From positions 15,134 to 79,133 of the forward strand of contig QHWR01000040.1 in the NCBI GenBank assembly GCA_003223835.1: DNA of 64,000 bases. The letters are read 5' to 3'. A program made the translations under genes and the position numbers. Numbering within the stretch: the stretch's first letter is position 1; the number at the start of each line of letters is the position of its first letter. This DNA comes from Acidobacteriota bacterium (GTDB lineage Bacteria > Acidobacteriota > Vicinamibacteria > Vicinamibacterales > 2-12-FULL-66-21). Under the pieces are notes generated by a model. It saw nothing but the letters and a program-made list of their open reading frames with translations. It made no database searches and was not told the DNA's origin. Positions 1-10,687 of the stretch are shown here, in pieces.

Positions 1-200
1 CCACCCCCAACGAAATTCACCACTTCGATCTCGTCGCCTTCTTCAATCTTCGTCGTCGCGTACGAGTCCCGTTTGACGATGACGACGTTGCGTTCGACGG
101 CGACGCGCCGGGGATCGATCTCGAGGCGCGCGAGGAGATCCACGATCGTGATGGGGCCGTCGTCGATGACGTACGGCTCGCCGTTGAGCGTGATCGTCAA
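1..200 (-). CDS. thiS: ThiS sulfur-carrier protein (C-terminus at window edge)
   Basis: Absent from the ORF track (TTG start). Reverse translation from TTG 200..198 gives (M)TITLNGEPYVIDDGPITIVDLLARLEIDPRRVAVERNVVIVKRDSYATTKIEEGDEIEVVNFVGG. This is a ThiS/MoaD-type beta-grasp sequence ending in the diagnostic GG exactly at the window edge. It starts 3 nt after the upstream stop. Confidence 0.8.
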   Translation of the reverse strand, partial: MTITLNGEPYVIDDGPITIVDLLARLEIDPRRVAVERNVVIVKRDSYATTKIEEGDEIEVVNFVGG

Positions 201-203
201 AGT

Positions 204-1577
204 CTACCTCAACACTCCCTCGCGGGCGAGCGCCGCCGCGACGCCGAACGGCGCGATCAGCCGGCGCAGCCGTTCGTCCGCCGCGTCGCGCAGGTGGCGC
301 GGCAGCGATGCGGGAACCGCGGGTGCCGGACGCGCAATCGCGGCGGCGATCACGCGCTTGTAATCGTCAATCATCACCGCCGGCGAGTGCTCGCGCTCCC
401 ACCACGCGCGCGCCGCGCACCCGAGCCGCGCGCGCAGCGCCGCGTCCGTCCCGAGCCGCCGCATTGCCAGCCGCAGCGAATGATCTTCGTCCAGGACGTC
501 GATGGAGACGCAGACGGGAAGCCCATCTGGCTTCCACGTCCGCGGATCCAGCGCCGGGACGTGCGCGAGATGGACGAGGTCGCTGATGACCGTCGGACGC
601 GCCGCGGCGAGCGCGCGCAGCCACGGGCCCGACGTCTCGCGCGTCGTGGGCCAGCGCAGGTTGAGGCTGACGTCGCACGCCGCGAGGTGTGCGGTGACGT
701 CCGCGTCGGTCTCGAGATACCCGGTCACCGTGACGCGATCGGCGAGGCCGTGCGCGGCGATCTCCGCGCGCACGTCGTAGTGTTCGACGGGGGCGCCGGC
801 GAGCAGCAGATGCGCCGGCGGCACGTGCGCGATCAATCCGGGCATCGCGGCGAGGATCTGCGAAATCCGCTTCTCGGGAATGAGCCCGCCGATCACGGCA
901 AACACGATCGCGTCGATCGGAATATGGCAGCGCGCGCACACGGATCCGCGGGACCGGCGCTCCTCCTCGGACGTCACGAGTTCACCTTCTCCCAGCCGGA
1001 TGCTGGTGATGGCTTCAGCCGTTTCCGCCCGATCCAACATCTCGCGCAGTTCGCGCGCCGCGCCTTCGCCATGTACCGCGACGAGCCGTGCCGTCGCCGC
1101 GAGCGCGCGCACCATCGGCCACTCGTAATACAGCCGGCTGTCGAACCCGTTGACCGCGAGCTCCGCGAGGTCCGGGTCGTGGTGCGGATGATTCCACGCG
1201 AACTCCGCGCGGTACTCGTCGGCGCGCCTCGTGCGCAGGAGCGCCGCGGCGCGCGCGTGGTGCAGGTGCGTGTCGTGGAGGACGACGAGGCCCGGATAAC
1301 GGTGCGCGTAGGGCCACGCGTAATCGTGATGCGACGAGTTGCCGATCTGATAGACGTTCAGGTCGTACGGCTGCTGCTGGTGCCGCCACACGAACTCGTG
1401 CGCCGAGCGCACGCGCGGATCGGTCGTCGCCCGCGCCACGGGCTCGTCAACGAACACGTCGATGTCGAACGCCGCGCGAAGCTCAACGACAAGCTCGGCG
1501 CTGCGTCCGGCGATGCCGGAGCGCGCCGGCGGGACGGGGCTGAACCAGGCGAGGCGCGGACGCGACTGTGATAGCAT
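204..1577 (-). CDS. Glycosyltransferase, GT-B fold (family 1/4-like)
   Basis: 457-aa ORF. The C-terminal half has a GT1/GT4-like layout (…VFAVIGGLIPEKRISQIL…, …GYLETDADVTAHLAACDVSLNLRWPTTRETSGPWLRALAAARPTVISD…). The family call rests on motif recognition only. Confidence 0.6.
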   Translation of the reverse strand: MLSQSRPRLAWFSPVPPARSGIAGRSAELVVELRAAFDIDVFVDEPVARATTDPRVRSAHEFVWRHQQQPYDLNVYQIGNSSHHDYAWPYAHRYPGLVVLHDTHLHHARAAALLRTRRADEYRAEFAWNHPHHDPDLAELAVNGFDSRLYYEWPMVRALAATARLVAVHGEGAARELREMLDRAETAEAITSIRLGEGELVTSEEERRSRGSVCARCHIPIDAIVFAVIGGLIPEKRISQILAAMPGLIAHVPPAHLLLAGAPVEHYDVRAEIAAHGLADRVTVTGYLETDADVTAHLAACDVSLNLRWPTTRETSGPWLRALAAARPTVISDLVHLAHVPALDPRTWKPDGLPVCVSIDVLDEDHSLRLAMRRLGTDAALRARLGCAARAWWEREHSPAVMIDDYKRVIAAAIARPAPAVPASLPRHLRDAADERLRRLIAPFGVAAALAREGVLR

Positions 1578-1633
1578 TCGGGGGTTGAACGGTTGAGAAA
1601 AGATTCACAAGCAGGATAACCGACCGCACACGC

Positions 1634-1999
1634 ATGCACGGCTGGATTCCTATCCTTATTATGTTGGCGTTCGGCACCGGCTTCGCGGTGGTCAACATCG
1701 GCCTGTCGAAGCTGGTCGGTCCGAAGAAGCCCACCCCCGAAAAGCTCGCGCCGTACGAGTGCGGCATGCCCCCCGTCGGGGACGCCCGCGAACGCCACCC
1801 GGTCAAGTTCTACCTGGTGGCCATGATCTTCCTGCTCTTCGACATCGAGGTCGCGTTCCTCTACCCGTGGGCCATGGCGCTGCGCGAGCTGCGCTGGAAC
1901 GGCTTCATCCAGTTGATCGTGTTCTTCGTCATCCTGCTCGCCGGCTACGTGTACGTCTGGCGCAAAGGGGTCCTGGACTGGGGCCACGAGCACGACTGA
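1634..1999 (+). CDS. nuoA: NADH-quinone oxidoreductase subunit A
   Basis: 121 aa. Contains …YECGMPPVGDARERHPVKFYLVAMIFLLFDIEVAFLYPWA…, the canonical NuoA/ND3 motif. First gene of the nuo cluster. Confidence 0.95.
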   Translation: MHGWIPILIMLAFGTGFAVVNIGLSKLVGPKKPTPEKLAPYECGMPPVGDARERHPVKFYLVAMIFLLFDIEVAFLYPWAMALRELRWNGFIQLIVFFVILLAGYVYVWRKGVLDWGHEHD

Positions 2000-2011
2000 C
2001 GCCGCGCATTT

Positions 2012-2479
2012 ATGGCATCCGATTTCGAAATCCCCGTTCTGACGACGACCGTGGAGAAGGTCGTCCAGTGGGCGCGCCGCTCGTCGATCTGGCCGGTCAC
2101 GTTCGGCCTCGCCTGCTGCGCGATCGAGATGATGGCGATGAGCGCGTCGCGCTACGACATTGCCCGGTTCGGGGCCGAGGTGTTTCGCGGCTCGCCGCGG
2201 CAGTCGGACCTGATGATCGTCGCCGGCCGCCTGTCGCGAAAAATGGCGCCCGTGCTCCGCCGCATCTACGACCAGATGCCGGAACCCAAGTACGTGATCT
2301 CGATGGGCGCCTGCGCGTCGATCGGCGGCGTGTTCGACAACTACGCGCTCGTCCAGGGCGTGGACCAGATCGTCCCCGTCGACGTATTCGTGCCCGGCTG
2401 CCCGCCGCGTCCCGAATCGCTCATCTACGGGATCGTCCAGCTCCAGAAGAAGATCGACCGGTCGAGGATGAATGCTTAG
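2012..2479 (+). CDS. nuoB: NADH-quinone oxidoreductase subunit B
   Basis: 155 aa. Has [10 protein letters not shown]…, SPRQSD…, MGACASIGG… and VPGCPPRPE, the N2 cluster ligands of NuoB/PSST. Confidence 0.95.
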   Translation: MASDFEIPVLTTTVEKVVQWARRSSIWPVTFGLACCAIEMMAMSASRYDIARFGAEVFRGSPRQSDLMIVAGRLSRKMAPVLRRIYDQMPEPKYVISMGACASIGGVFDNYALVQGVDQIVPVDVFVPGCPPRPESLIYGIVQLQKKIDRSRMNA

Positions 2480-2481
2480 TC

Positions 2482-2523
2482 GGCTTTGGGCTTTAGGCTT
2501 GAACCCTCTAGAGTCCAAGGCCT
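2482..2523. repeat. Short heptad repeat (GGCTTNN x3) with a weak inverted partner, nuoB-nuoC spacer
   Basis: ggctttg ggcttta ggcttga accctctagagtcc aaggcc. A small member of the same class of element. Confidence 0.5.
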
Positions 2524-2532
2524 GTTACACGC

Positions 2533-3099
2533 ATGGATTCCACCGCGATAGCTGAGTCGTTACGAGGGACCGTCCCCGACGGCTCCGTCGAGCCGTTTGC
2601 CGCCGCCGACGGCATGCCGACGATCTACGTCGCGCGCGAGCACGTGGTCGCCGTGTGCCGCGAGCTGCGCGATCGTCCGGCCCTGCGGTTCGCGTTCTTC
2701 GCCGACGTGACGGCCGTGGACTGGATGCCAGCCGAGCCGCGCTTCGAGGTCGTGGTGCACCTCGCGTCGTTCGGCGTCGCGGGATTCGGCGAGGCGCCGA
2801 AGCGGCTGCGCGTGAAGGTGCGCGTTCCCGGCGATCGGCCGGTCATGCCGACGCTCTCCCGCGTCTGGCCGGCCGCGAACTGGGGGGAGCGCGAAGTGTT
2901 CGACCTGTTCGGGATCGAGTTCGAGGGGCATCCGGACCTGCGGCGCGTCCTGATGCCGGAGGATTGGGAAGGCTACCCCGCGCGGAAGGACTACCCGGTC
3001 CAGATCACGATGACGCCGAAGGTGTACGAGCCGCTGCAGGTCTCGGCGGAAGAATTCGCGGCCAACGTCAAGGCCGCGCGGATCGCCGAACAGGACTGA
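2533..3099 (+). CDS. nuoC: NADH-quinone oxidoreductase subunit C
   Basis: 188 aa. Contains …WPAANWGEREVFDLFGIEFEGHPDLRRVLMPEDWEGYPARKDYP…, the NuoC/30-kDa signature. Confidence 0.93.
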   Translation: MDSTAIAESLRGTVPDGSVEPFAAADGMPTIYVAREHVVAVCRELRDRPALRFAFFADVTAVDWMPAEPRFEVVVHLASFGVAGFGEAPKRLRVKVRVPGDRPVMPTLSRVWPAANWGEREVFDLFGIEFEGHPDLRRVLMPEDWEGYPARKDYPVQITMTPKVYEPLQVSAEEFAANVKAARIAEQD

Positions 3100-3113
3100 G
3101 GACTCGAGGCCGC

Positions 3114-3689
3114 ATGACGCCGCCGCCGAGAGACGCCGTCGCCGCCGCCGAAGCGGCGTTCGCGGCCGCGGCGGCGCTGCACCAGCGCGTGCGGAGCAAT
3201 CTCGCGCCGGCGGTGGCCGCGGCGCAGGCGATCCGCGAGGCGCTCGAGCACGGCGGCAAGCTGCTCGTCTTCGGCAACGGCGGGAGCGCCGCCGACGCGC
3301 AGCACTTCGCGGCGGAGCTGGTCGGCCGGTTCATGAAGGAGCGCGCCGCGCTCGCCGCGATCGCGCTGACGACCGACACGAGCGTGATGACGAGCGTGGC
3401 GAACGACTACTCGTTCGAGCACGTGTTCGTCCGGCAGATCGAGGCGCTCGGGAGGCCCGGGGACGTCGCGTTCGGCATTTCGACGAGCGGCGAGTCGCGC
3501 AACGTGATCTCGGCGCTCGAGCGCGCGCGCGAGCGCGGGCTGAAGACGATCGCGCTGACGGGGCGCGACGGCGGCCACGCCGGCCGCGCCGCCGACCTGC
3601 ACGTGAACGTGCCGGACCAGAACACGGCCCGCGTGCAGGAAGTGCACCGCACGATTCTGCACGTGATGTGTGAATTGATCGAGACGTAA
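3114..3689 (+). CDS. gmhA: D-sedoheptulose-7-phosphate isomerase (SIS domain) embedded in the nuo operon
   Basis: ATG at 3114, in frame within track ORF 2655..3689. Contains …GGKLLVFGNGGSAADAQHFAAELVGRF… and …ALTTDTSVMTSVANDYSFEHVFVRQIEALGRPGDVAFGISTSGESRNV…, typical of GmhA. Sits between nuoC and nuoD with 14- and 19-nt gaps. Confidence 0.88.
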   Translation: MTPPPRDAVAAAEAAFAAAAALHQRVRSNLAPAVAAAQAIREALEHGGKLLVFGNGGSAADAQHFAAELVGRFMKERAALAAIALTTDTSVMTSVANDYSFEHVFVRQIEALGRPGDVAFGISTSGESRNVISALERARERGLKTIALTGRDGGHAGRAADLHVNVPDQNTARVQEVHRTILHVMCELIET

Positions 3690-3708
3690 CGGCGAGCGAA
3701 GCGAGCCC

Positions 3709-4914
3709 ATGTCCACCGAGCGAGCGAGCGTCCCAACCCGTCGCGAGACGATGACCGTGAACATGGGGCCGCAGCACCCGAGCACGCACGGGGTGCTCCG
3801 GCTCGTGCTCGAGCTGTCGGGCGAGGTGGTCGTCTCCGCCGATTCCACGATCGGATTCCTCCACACCGGCATCGAGAAGACCGCCGAGCAGAAGAAGTGG
3901 CAGCAGGTCATCCCGCTCGTCGAGCGGATGGATTACCTTGGCGCGCAGTCCAACTCGCTCGCCTTCTCGCTCTCCGTCGAGCGGCTGCTCGGCGTCGAGG
4001 CGCAGATGCCGGAGCGCGTCCGGAACATCCGCATCCTGATCGCGGAGCTGCAGCGGATCGCGAGCCACCTCGTCTGGCTCGGGACGCACGCGCTCGAAGT
4101 CGGCGCGGTGTCGGTGATGATGTACTGCTTCCGCGAGCGCGAGCTGTTGATGAACGTCAACGAGATGCTCGCGGGCTTCCGGATGTTTCCGAGCTACATC
4201 CGGATCGGCGGCCTGCGTGAAGACCTGCCGCCCGGGTTCCACGACGCCGTCAACGCGTTCCTCGCGCGGTTCCCGTCGAAGCTGAACGAGTACGAAGACC
4301 TGCTGACGAAGAATCAGATCTGGATCAAACGGACCAGCGGAGTCGGCGCGCTGTCGCGCGAGGACACGATCGCGTACGGCCTCGTCGGGCCGCTCGCGCG
4401 CGCGGCCGGCGTTCCCTACGACGTCCGCAAGGCGTTTCCGTACCTGGGCTACGACACCTACACGTTCGACGTTCCGACCGGCATCAACGGCGACGTCTAC
4501 GACCGGTACTTGGTCCGCATCGAGGAGATGCGGCAGAGCCTCCGGATCGCGGAGCAGGCGATCGCGCGCATCACGCCGCGCGGCCAGTTCGACATCCAGG
4601 ACTACCGGATCGTCCCGCCCCCGAAGGACAAGGTGTACACCGAGATGGAAGCGCTCATTCAGCACTTCCTGGTGTACTCGCAGGGGTTCACCGTGCCGGC
4701 CGGCGAGGCGTACATCCCGGTCGAGGGGCCGCGCGGCGAGCACGGGTTCTACATCGTGTCGGACGGATCGAACCGGCCGTGGCGGATCAAGGCGCGTCCG
4801 CCGGGATTCTATGCCTGTCAGGCGTTGCCGAAGATGATCGAGGGCGGACTCATCGCGGACGTCATCGCCGTCATCGGATCCACGGACGTCGTGATGGGGG
4901 ACGTGGATCGATGA
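3709..4914 (+). CDS. nuoD: NADH-quinone oxidoreductase subunit D
   Basis: 401 aa. Contains MTVNMGPQHPSTHGVLRL…IGFLHTGIEK…, and ends …GSTDVVMGDVDR. Canonical NuoD/49-kDa subunit. Confidence 0.96.
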   Translation: MSTERASVPTRRETMTVNMGPQHPSTHGVLRLVLELSGEVVVSADSTIGFLHTGIEKTAEQKKWQQVIPLVERMDYLGAQSNSLAFSLSVERLLGVEAQMPERVRNIRILIAELQRIASHLVWLGTHALEVGAVSVMMYCFRERELLMNVNEMLAGFRMFPSYIRIGGLREDLPPGFHDAVNAFLARFPSKLNEYEDLLTKNQIWIKRTSGVGALSREDTIAYGLVGPLARAAGVPYDVRKAFPYLGYDTYTFDVPTGINGDVYDRYLVRIEEMRQSLRIAEQAIARITPRGQFDIQDYRIVPPPKDKVYTEMEALIQHFLVYSQGFTVPAGEAYIPVEGPRGEHGFYIVSDGSNRPWRIKARPPGFYACQALPKMIEGGLIADVIAVIGSTDVVMGDVDR

Positions 4915-5513
4915 GCTTCCATCCGTTGATGCCGTACGGCGAGGGCTGGCACAAATCGGACCGGATCGTCGCCGCCGAAGGGCAGCCGTTCGCGTTCACG
5001 CCGGATCGCGTTCGACAGCTCGAGGAGATTTGCGGCAAGTACCCGCCCGATCGCCGGAAATCGGCGGTGCTGGCGGCGCTCTATTTCGTCCAGGAGCAGC
5101 AGGGCTATCTGACGGCGAACGCGATGCGGCACGTCGCGGAATTCCTGCGCATCACGCCCGCCGAGGTCGAAGACGTCGCGACATACTACGTGATGTTCTA
5201 CAGGGCGCCGGTCGGCCGCTACGTGCTGCAGGTCTGCCGCACGCTGTCCTGTGCGCTCGGCGGCGCCGAGCGCGTCGTCGAGGCGCTCAGCGAGAAGCTG
5301 GGGATCAAGGTCGGCGAGACGGACGCGTCCGGCATGTTCACGCTGATGGAGTTCGAGTGCCTCGGCGCGTGCGATCGCGCGCCGGTCGTGATGGTGAACA
5401 ACGAGTACTGGCACGAAAGGCTGACGCCGGAGAATTGTTCGAAGTTCGTGGATGACATCAAAGTTCGCGGTGAGGCGGCGTTGTCGGGGTGTTATCTGAA
5501 GGTCGAAAACTGA
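4911..5513 (+). CDS. nuoE: NADH-quinone oxidoreductase subunit E
   Basis: ATG at 4911 overlaps the nuoD stop (ATGA). Contains …VCRTLSCALGG… and …ECLGACDRAPVVMVN…, the 2Fe-2S ligands of NuoE/24-kDa. Confidence 0.93.
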   Translation: MSFHPLMPYGEGWHKSDRIVAAEGQPFAFTPDRVRQLEEICGKYPPDRRKSAVLAALYFVQEQQGYLTANAMRHVAEFLRITPAEVEDVATYYVMFYRAPVGRYVLQVCRTLSCALGGAERVVEALSEKLGIKVGETDASGMFTLMEFECLGACDRAPVVMVNNEYWHERLTPENCSKFVDDIKVRGEAALSGCYLKVEN

Positions 5514-5518
5514 GCCAC

Positions 5519-6817
5519 ATGGAACCTGTCCTCACCAAATACGTGCGCGAACCCAACAGCTTCGAGCTGGACTTCTTCCTGACGCACGACGGCTATCAGG
5601 GGTTGAAGAAGGCGCTCGCGATGCAGCCGAACGACGTCATCGAAATGGTGAAGGCCTCGGGGCTGCGCGGCCGCGGCGGCGCCGGCTTCCCGACCGGGAT
5701 GAAGTGGCAGTTCGTGGACAAGAAAACCCCGAACCCGCGCTACATCGCCTGCAACGCGGACGAGAGCGAGCCCGGCACGTTCAAGGATCACCTGCTGATG
5801 GAGCGCAACCCGCACCTGATGTTCGAAGGCTGCCTGATCGGCTGCTGGGCGATCGGCGCGAAGGTCGCGTACATCTACATCCGCGGCGAGTTCTATCACG
5901 TCCAGAAAATTCTCGAAGACCAGCTCGCGAAAGCTTACGCGAAGGGCTACGCCGGCAAGAACGTCATGGGCAGCGGGTGGGACTGCGACATCGTGCTCCA
6001 TCGCGGCGCCGGCGCGTACGAGGCCGGCGAGGAGACCGCGCTGATCGAATCGCTCGAAGGGAAGCGCGCGCAGCCGCGGATCAAGCCGCCGTTCCCGGCC
6101 GTCTCGGGCCTCTACAACTGCCCGACCGCGGTCAACAACGTCGAGACGCTGTGCAACCTGCCGTCGATCCTGACGAACGGCGCGGAGTGGTTCGCCAGAC
6201 TCGGCCCGGAGAAAAACGGCGGGCCGAAGCTGTTCTGCATCAGCGGGCACGTGAAGAAGCCCGGCGTCTACGAAGCGTCGATGAATACGACGCTCCAGGA
6301 CCTCATCTTCAATTACGCGGGCGGCATCCGCGACGGCCATCGGCTGAAGGCCGTGATCCCGGGCGGCTCCTCGGTACCGATCCTGATGCCGGATCAACTC
6401 GACGTGCCGGCGAGCTTCGACGCCGTGCAGAAGGCCGGCTCGATGCTCGGGTCCGCCGGGATCATCGCGATGGACGAGACCACGTGCATGGTCTGGGTCG
6501 CGAAGAACCTGATGCACTTCTACGCGCACGAGTCGTGCGGCAAGTGCACGCCGTGCCGCGAAGGCGGCGACTGGCTCTACAAGATCCTCGACCGCATCGA
6601 GCGCGGCGAAGGGGAGGTGCGCGACCTCGATTTGCTGACGAGCGTGTCGAACAACATCGCGGGCAAGACGCTGTGCGCGTTCGGCGACGCCGCAGCGACG
6701 CCGCCGCTGACGACGCTGAAAAACTTCCGCGCCGAGTACGAAGCGCACATCCGCGAGGGCCGGTGCCCGATCCCGGCGGACTGGCGCGCCGGCACGGCGC
6801 TCGCGGCCGCTCACTAG
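5519..6817 (+). CDS. nuoF: NADH-quinone oxidoreductase subunit F
   Basis: Has GLRGRGGAGFPTGMKW (FMN site), …NADESEPGTFKD… and …ESCGKCTPCREG… (4Fe-4S). Start taken at ATG 5519 (MEPVLTKY…); the track ORF begins at an alternative start, 5489. Confidence 0.95.
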   Translation: MEPVLTKYVREPNSFELDFFLTHDGYQGLKKALAMQPNDVIEMVKASGLRGRGGAGFPTGMKWQFVDKKTPNPRYIACNADESEPGTFKDHLLMERNPHLMFEGCLIGCWAIGAKVAYIYIRGEFYHVQKILEDQLAKAYAKGYAGKNVMGSGWDCDIVLHRGAGAYEAGEETALIESLEGKRAQPRIKPPFPAVSGLYNCPTAVNNVETLCNLPSILTNGAEWFARLGPEKNGGPKLFCISGHVKKPGVYEASMNTTLQDLIFNYAGGIRDGHRLKAVIPGGSSVPILMPDQLDVPASFDAVQKAGSMLGSAGIIAMDETTCMVWVAKNLMHFYAHESCGKCTPCREGGDWLYKILDRIERGEGEVRDLDLLTSVSNNIAGKTLCAFGDAAATPPLTTLKNFRAEYEAHIREGRCPIPADWRAGTALAAAH

Positions 6818-6820
6818 GGT

Positions 6821-7843
6821 ATGTCCGCGTACTTCATCGCGCACTTCCTGCTGATCTTCCTCGTCTTCAACATGCTCGTGATGTCGGCCGCGTTCATGGT
6901 GTGGATGGAGCGGAAGGTGTGCGCCTACATCCAGGACCGCGTCGGCCCGAACCGGGTCGGCGTCGAGGGACTGCTCCAGCCCTTCGCCGACGTCCTCAAG
7001 CTCCTGATGAAAGAGGAGCTGCGTCCCAAGGCGGCCGATGCGTTCCTGTTCACGATCGCGCCGATTGTCTCCGCCGCCGCCGCGTTCACCGCCTTCTCCG
7101 TCATCCCCTTCGGCAGCGAGACGACGCTGTTCGGGCTGCTCGATCGGCCGCTGCCGCTCGAGGTGACGGACGTCAACGTCGCCGTGCTGGTGATCTTCGC
7201 GATCACGTCGATGGGCGTGTACGGGATCGTGCTGGCGGGCTGGAGCTCCAACAGCAAGTACTCGCTGCTCGGCGGCCTGCGCTCGTCGGCGCAGATGATC
7301 AGCTACGAGCTGTCGTACGGCCTCGCGCTCGCGGCGGTGATCGTGCTCGGCGGCTCGCTCTCGCTGCGCGAGCTGGTGCTGAACCAGACCGGCTACTGGT
7401 TCCACGTGATCCCGCGCTGGTACATCTTCCTGCAGCCGCTCGGGTTCCTGATTTACCTGACGGCGGGCGTGGCCGAGACGAACCGCGCGCCGTTCGATTT
7501 TCCCGAAGCGGAGCAGGAACTGGTCGCCGGCTATCACACGGAGTACAGCAGCATGAGCTTCGCGATGTTCTTCCTCGCGGAGTACATCAACATGGTGACC
7601 GTGTCGGCGGTCGCGACGAGCCTGTATCTCGGCGGCTGGCTGGGCCCGATCCTGCCGTCATGGCTCGGCTGGCTGTGGTTCCTCCTCAAGGTCCTGCTGC
7701 TGCTCTTCTTCTATGTCTGGATGCGATGGACGCTGCCGCGCTACCGCTACGACCAGTTGATGGAGTTCGGGTGGAAGTGGCTGCTGCCCGCCGCGGTGGT
7801 CAACCTGATCGCGACCGCGGCGCTGGTGCTGTGGATTGGATGA
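6821..7843 (+). CDS. nuoH: NADH-quinone oxidoreductase subunit H
   Basis: 340 aa. Contains …ERKVCAYIQDRVGPNRVG… and …AETNRAPFDFPEAEQELVAGYHTEYS…, the NuoH/ND1 signature. Begins 3 nt after the nuoF stop, where nuoG would normally be. Confidence 0.95.
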   Translation: MSAYFIAHFLLIFLVFNMLVMSAAFMVWMERKVCAYIQDRVGPNRVGVEGLLQPFADVLKLLMKEELRPKAADAFLFTIAPIVSAAAAFTAFSVIPFGSETTLFGLLDRPLPLEVTDVNVAVLVIFAITSMGVYGIVLAGWSSNSKYSLLGGLRSSAQMISYELSYGLALAAVIVLGGSLSLRELVLNQTGYWFHVIPRWYIFLQPLGFLIYLTAGVAETNRAPFDFPEAEQELVAGYHTEYSSMSFAMFFLAEYINMVTVSAVATSLYLGGWLGPILPSWLGWLWFLLKVLLLLFFYVWMRWTLPRYRYDQLMEFGWKWLLPAAVVNLIATAALVLWIG

Positions 7844-7854
7844 TGCAAGATGTT

Positions 7855-7890
7855 GGCTTCGTGAACTTCGCAGCTTCGCGGGCTTCGTGC
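7855..7890. repeat. One-armed 8/9-nt repeat (core CTTCG x4) in the nuoH-nuoJ spacer
   Basis: ggcttcgtg aacttcgca gcttcgcgg gcttcgtgc. Cores at 7857, 7866, 7874 and 7883. Same core as the right arm of the 58881 element. Sits where nuoI would be expected. Confidence 0.6.
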
Positions 7891-7916
7891 CAGCGCCGTC
7901 GGCGCGTGCGTGATTG

Positions 7917-8423
7917 ATGTTCGAGTTCATTGCCTTCTACGCCTTCGCCGCAATCGCCATCATCGCGTCGCTGCTCGTCATCGGGCAGCGCAACCCGATG
8001 TACAGCGTGATCCTGCTGATCGTGTCGTTCGGCGCGCTGGCGGGGCTGTACGTGCTCCTCGACGCGCCGTTCACGGCCGTCACGCAGATCATCATCTACG
8101 CCGGCGCGATCATGGTCCTCTTCCTGTTCGTCGTCATGCTGCTGAACGTCCCGCGCGAAGAGGCGATCGCGTCGCGGCTCGGCGCGCGCGCGAGGCGGAC
8201 CGGCGCCGTCCTCTCGCTCGTGTTCACGCTCGAGATCGTCTGGGCGCTGACGCGCCTCAGCGTGATGCCCGTCTCGAGCGGCGGCGGCGGCTCGATCGGA
8301 TCGGTCGCGCGGATCGGCACGGCGCTCTTCACGACCCACGCGTTCGCGTTCGAGGCGACGTCGCTCCTCATCCTCGTCGCCATGGTCGGCGCCGTCGTCC
8401 TCGCGCGCAAGGAGCACCACTGA
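7917..8423 (+). CDS. nuoJ: NADH-quinone oxidoreductase subunit J
   Basis: MFEFIAFYAFAAIAIIASLLVIGQRNPMYSVILLIVSF…YAGAIMVLFLFVVMLLN, typical of NuoJ/ND6. ATG 7917 chosen; TTG 7914 is also possible. Confidence 0.9.
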   Translation: MFEFIAFYAFAAIAIIASLLVIGQRNPMYSVILLIVSFGALAGLYVLLDAPFTAVTQIIIYAGAIMVLFLFVVMLLNVPREEAIASRLGARARRTGAVLSLVFTLEIVWALTRLSVMPVSSGGGGSIGSVARIGTALFTTHAFAFEATSLLILVAMVGAVVLARKEHH

Positions 8424-8424
8424 C

Positions 8425-8727
8425 GTGATCTCTCTCAACCATTACCTGATTCTCTCGGGGATCCTGTTCGCCATCGGGACCGCGGGGGTGTTCCTTCGCC
8501 GCAACGTGATCACGATCCTGCTGTCGATCGAGATCATGCTGAACGCGGTGAACCTGACGTTCGTCGCGGTGGGGCGCTACCTCAACACGGTTGACGGCCA
8601 GATCATCACGTTCTTCGTGATGACGGTCGCGGCGGCGGAAGCAGCGGTGGGCCTGGCGCTGGTCATCGCACTCTTCCGCCATCGCGAGACGCTGAGCCCC
8701 GATGCATTCACCGCGCTGAAATGGTGA
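8425..8727 (+). CDS. nuoK: NADH-quinone oxidoreductase subunit K
   Basis: 100 aa with a GTG start. …LSGILFAIGTAGVFLRRNVITILLSIEIMLNAVNLTFVA… is typical of NuoK/ND4L. Confidence 0.93.
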   Translation: MISLNHYLILSGILFAIGTAGVFLRRNVITILLSIEIMLNAVNLTFVAVGRYLNTVDGQIITFFVMTVAAAEAAVGLALVIALFRHRETLSPDAFTALKW

Positions 8728-8737
8728 CGCAGCGCCG

Positions 8738-10687
<1,950 letters not shown>

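Noticed and set aside
5492-7537. Long antisense or alternate-frame ORFs across known genes: 5492..7537(-) 681 aa, 5704..7917(+) 737 aa, 8708..11131(-) 807 aa, 11939..14008(-) 689 aa, 1358..2518(-), 3331..4743(-).
   Set aside because: They overlap unmistakable nuo genes. They are extremely Arg/Ala/Pro/Gly-rich with no recognisable motifs, which is typical of stop-poor shadow frames in high-GC DNA.
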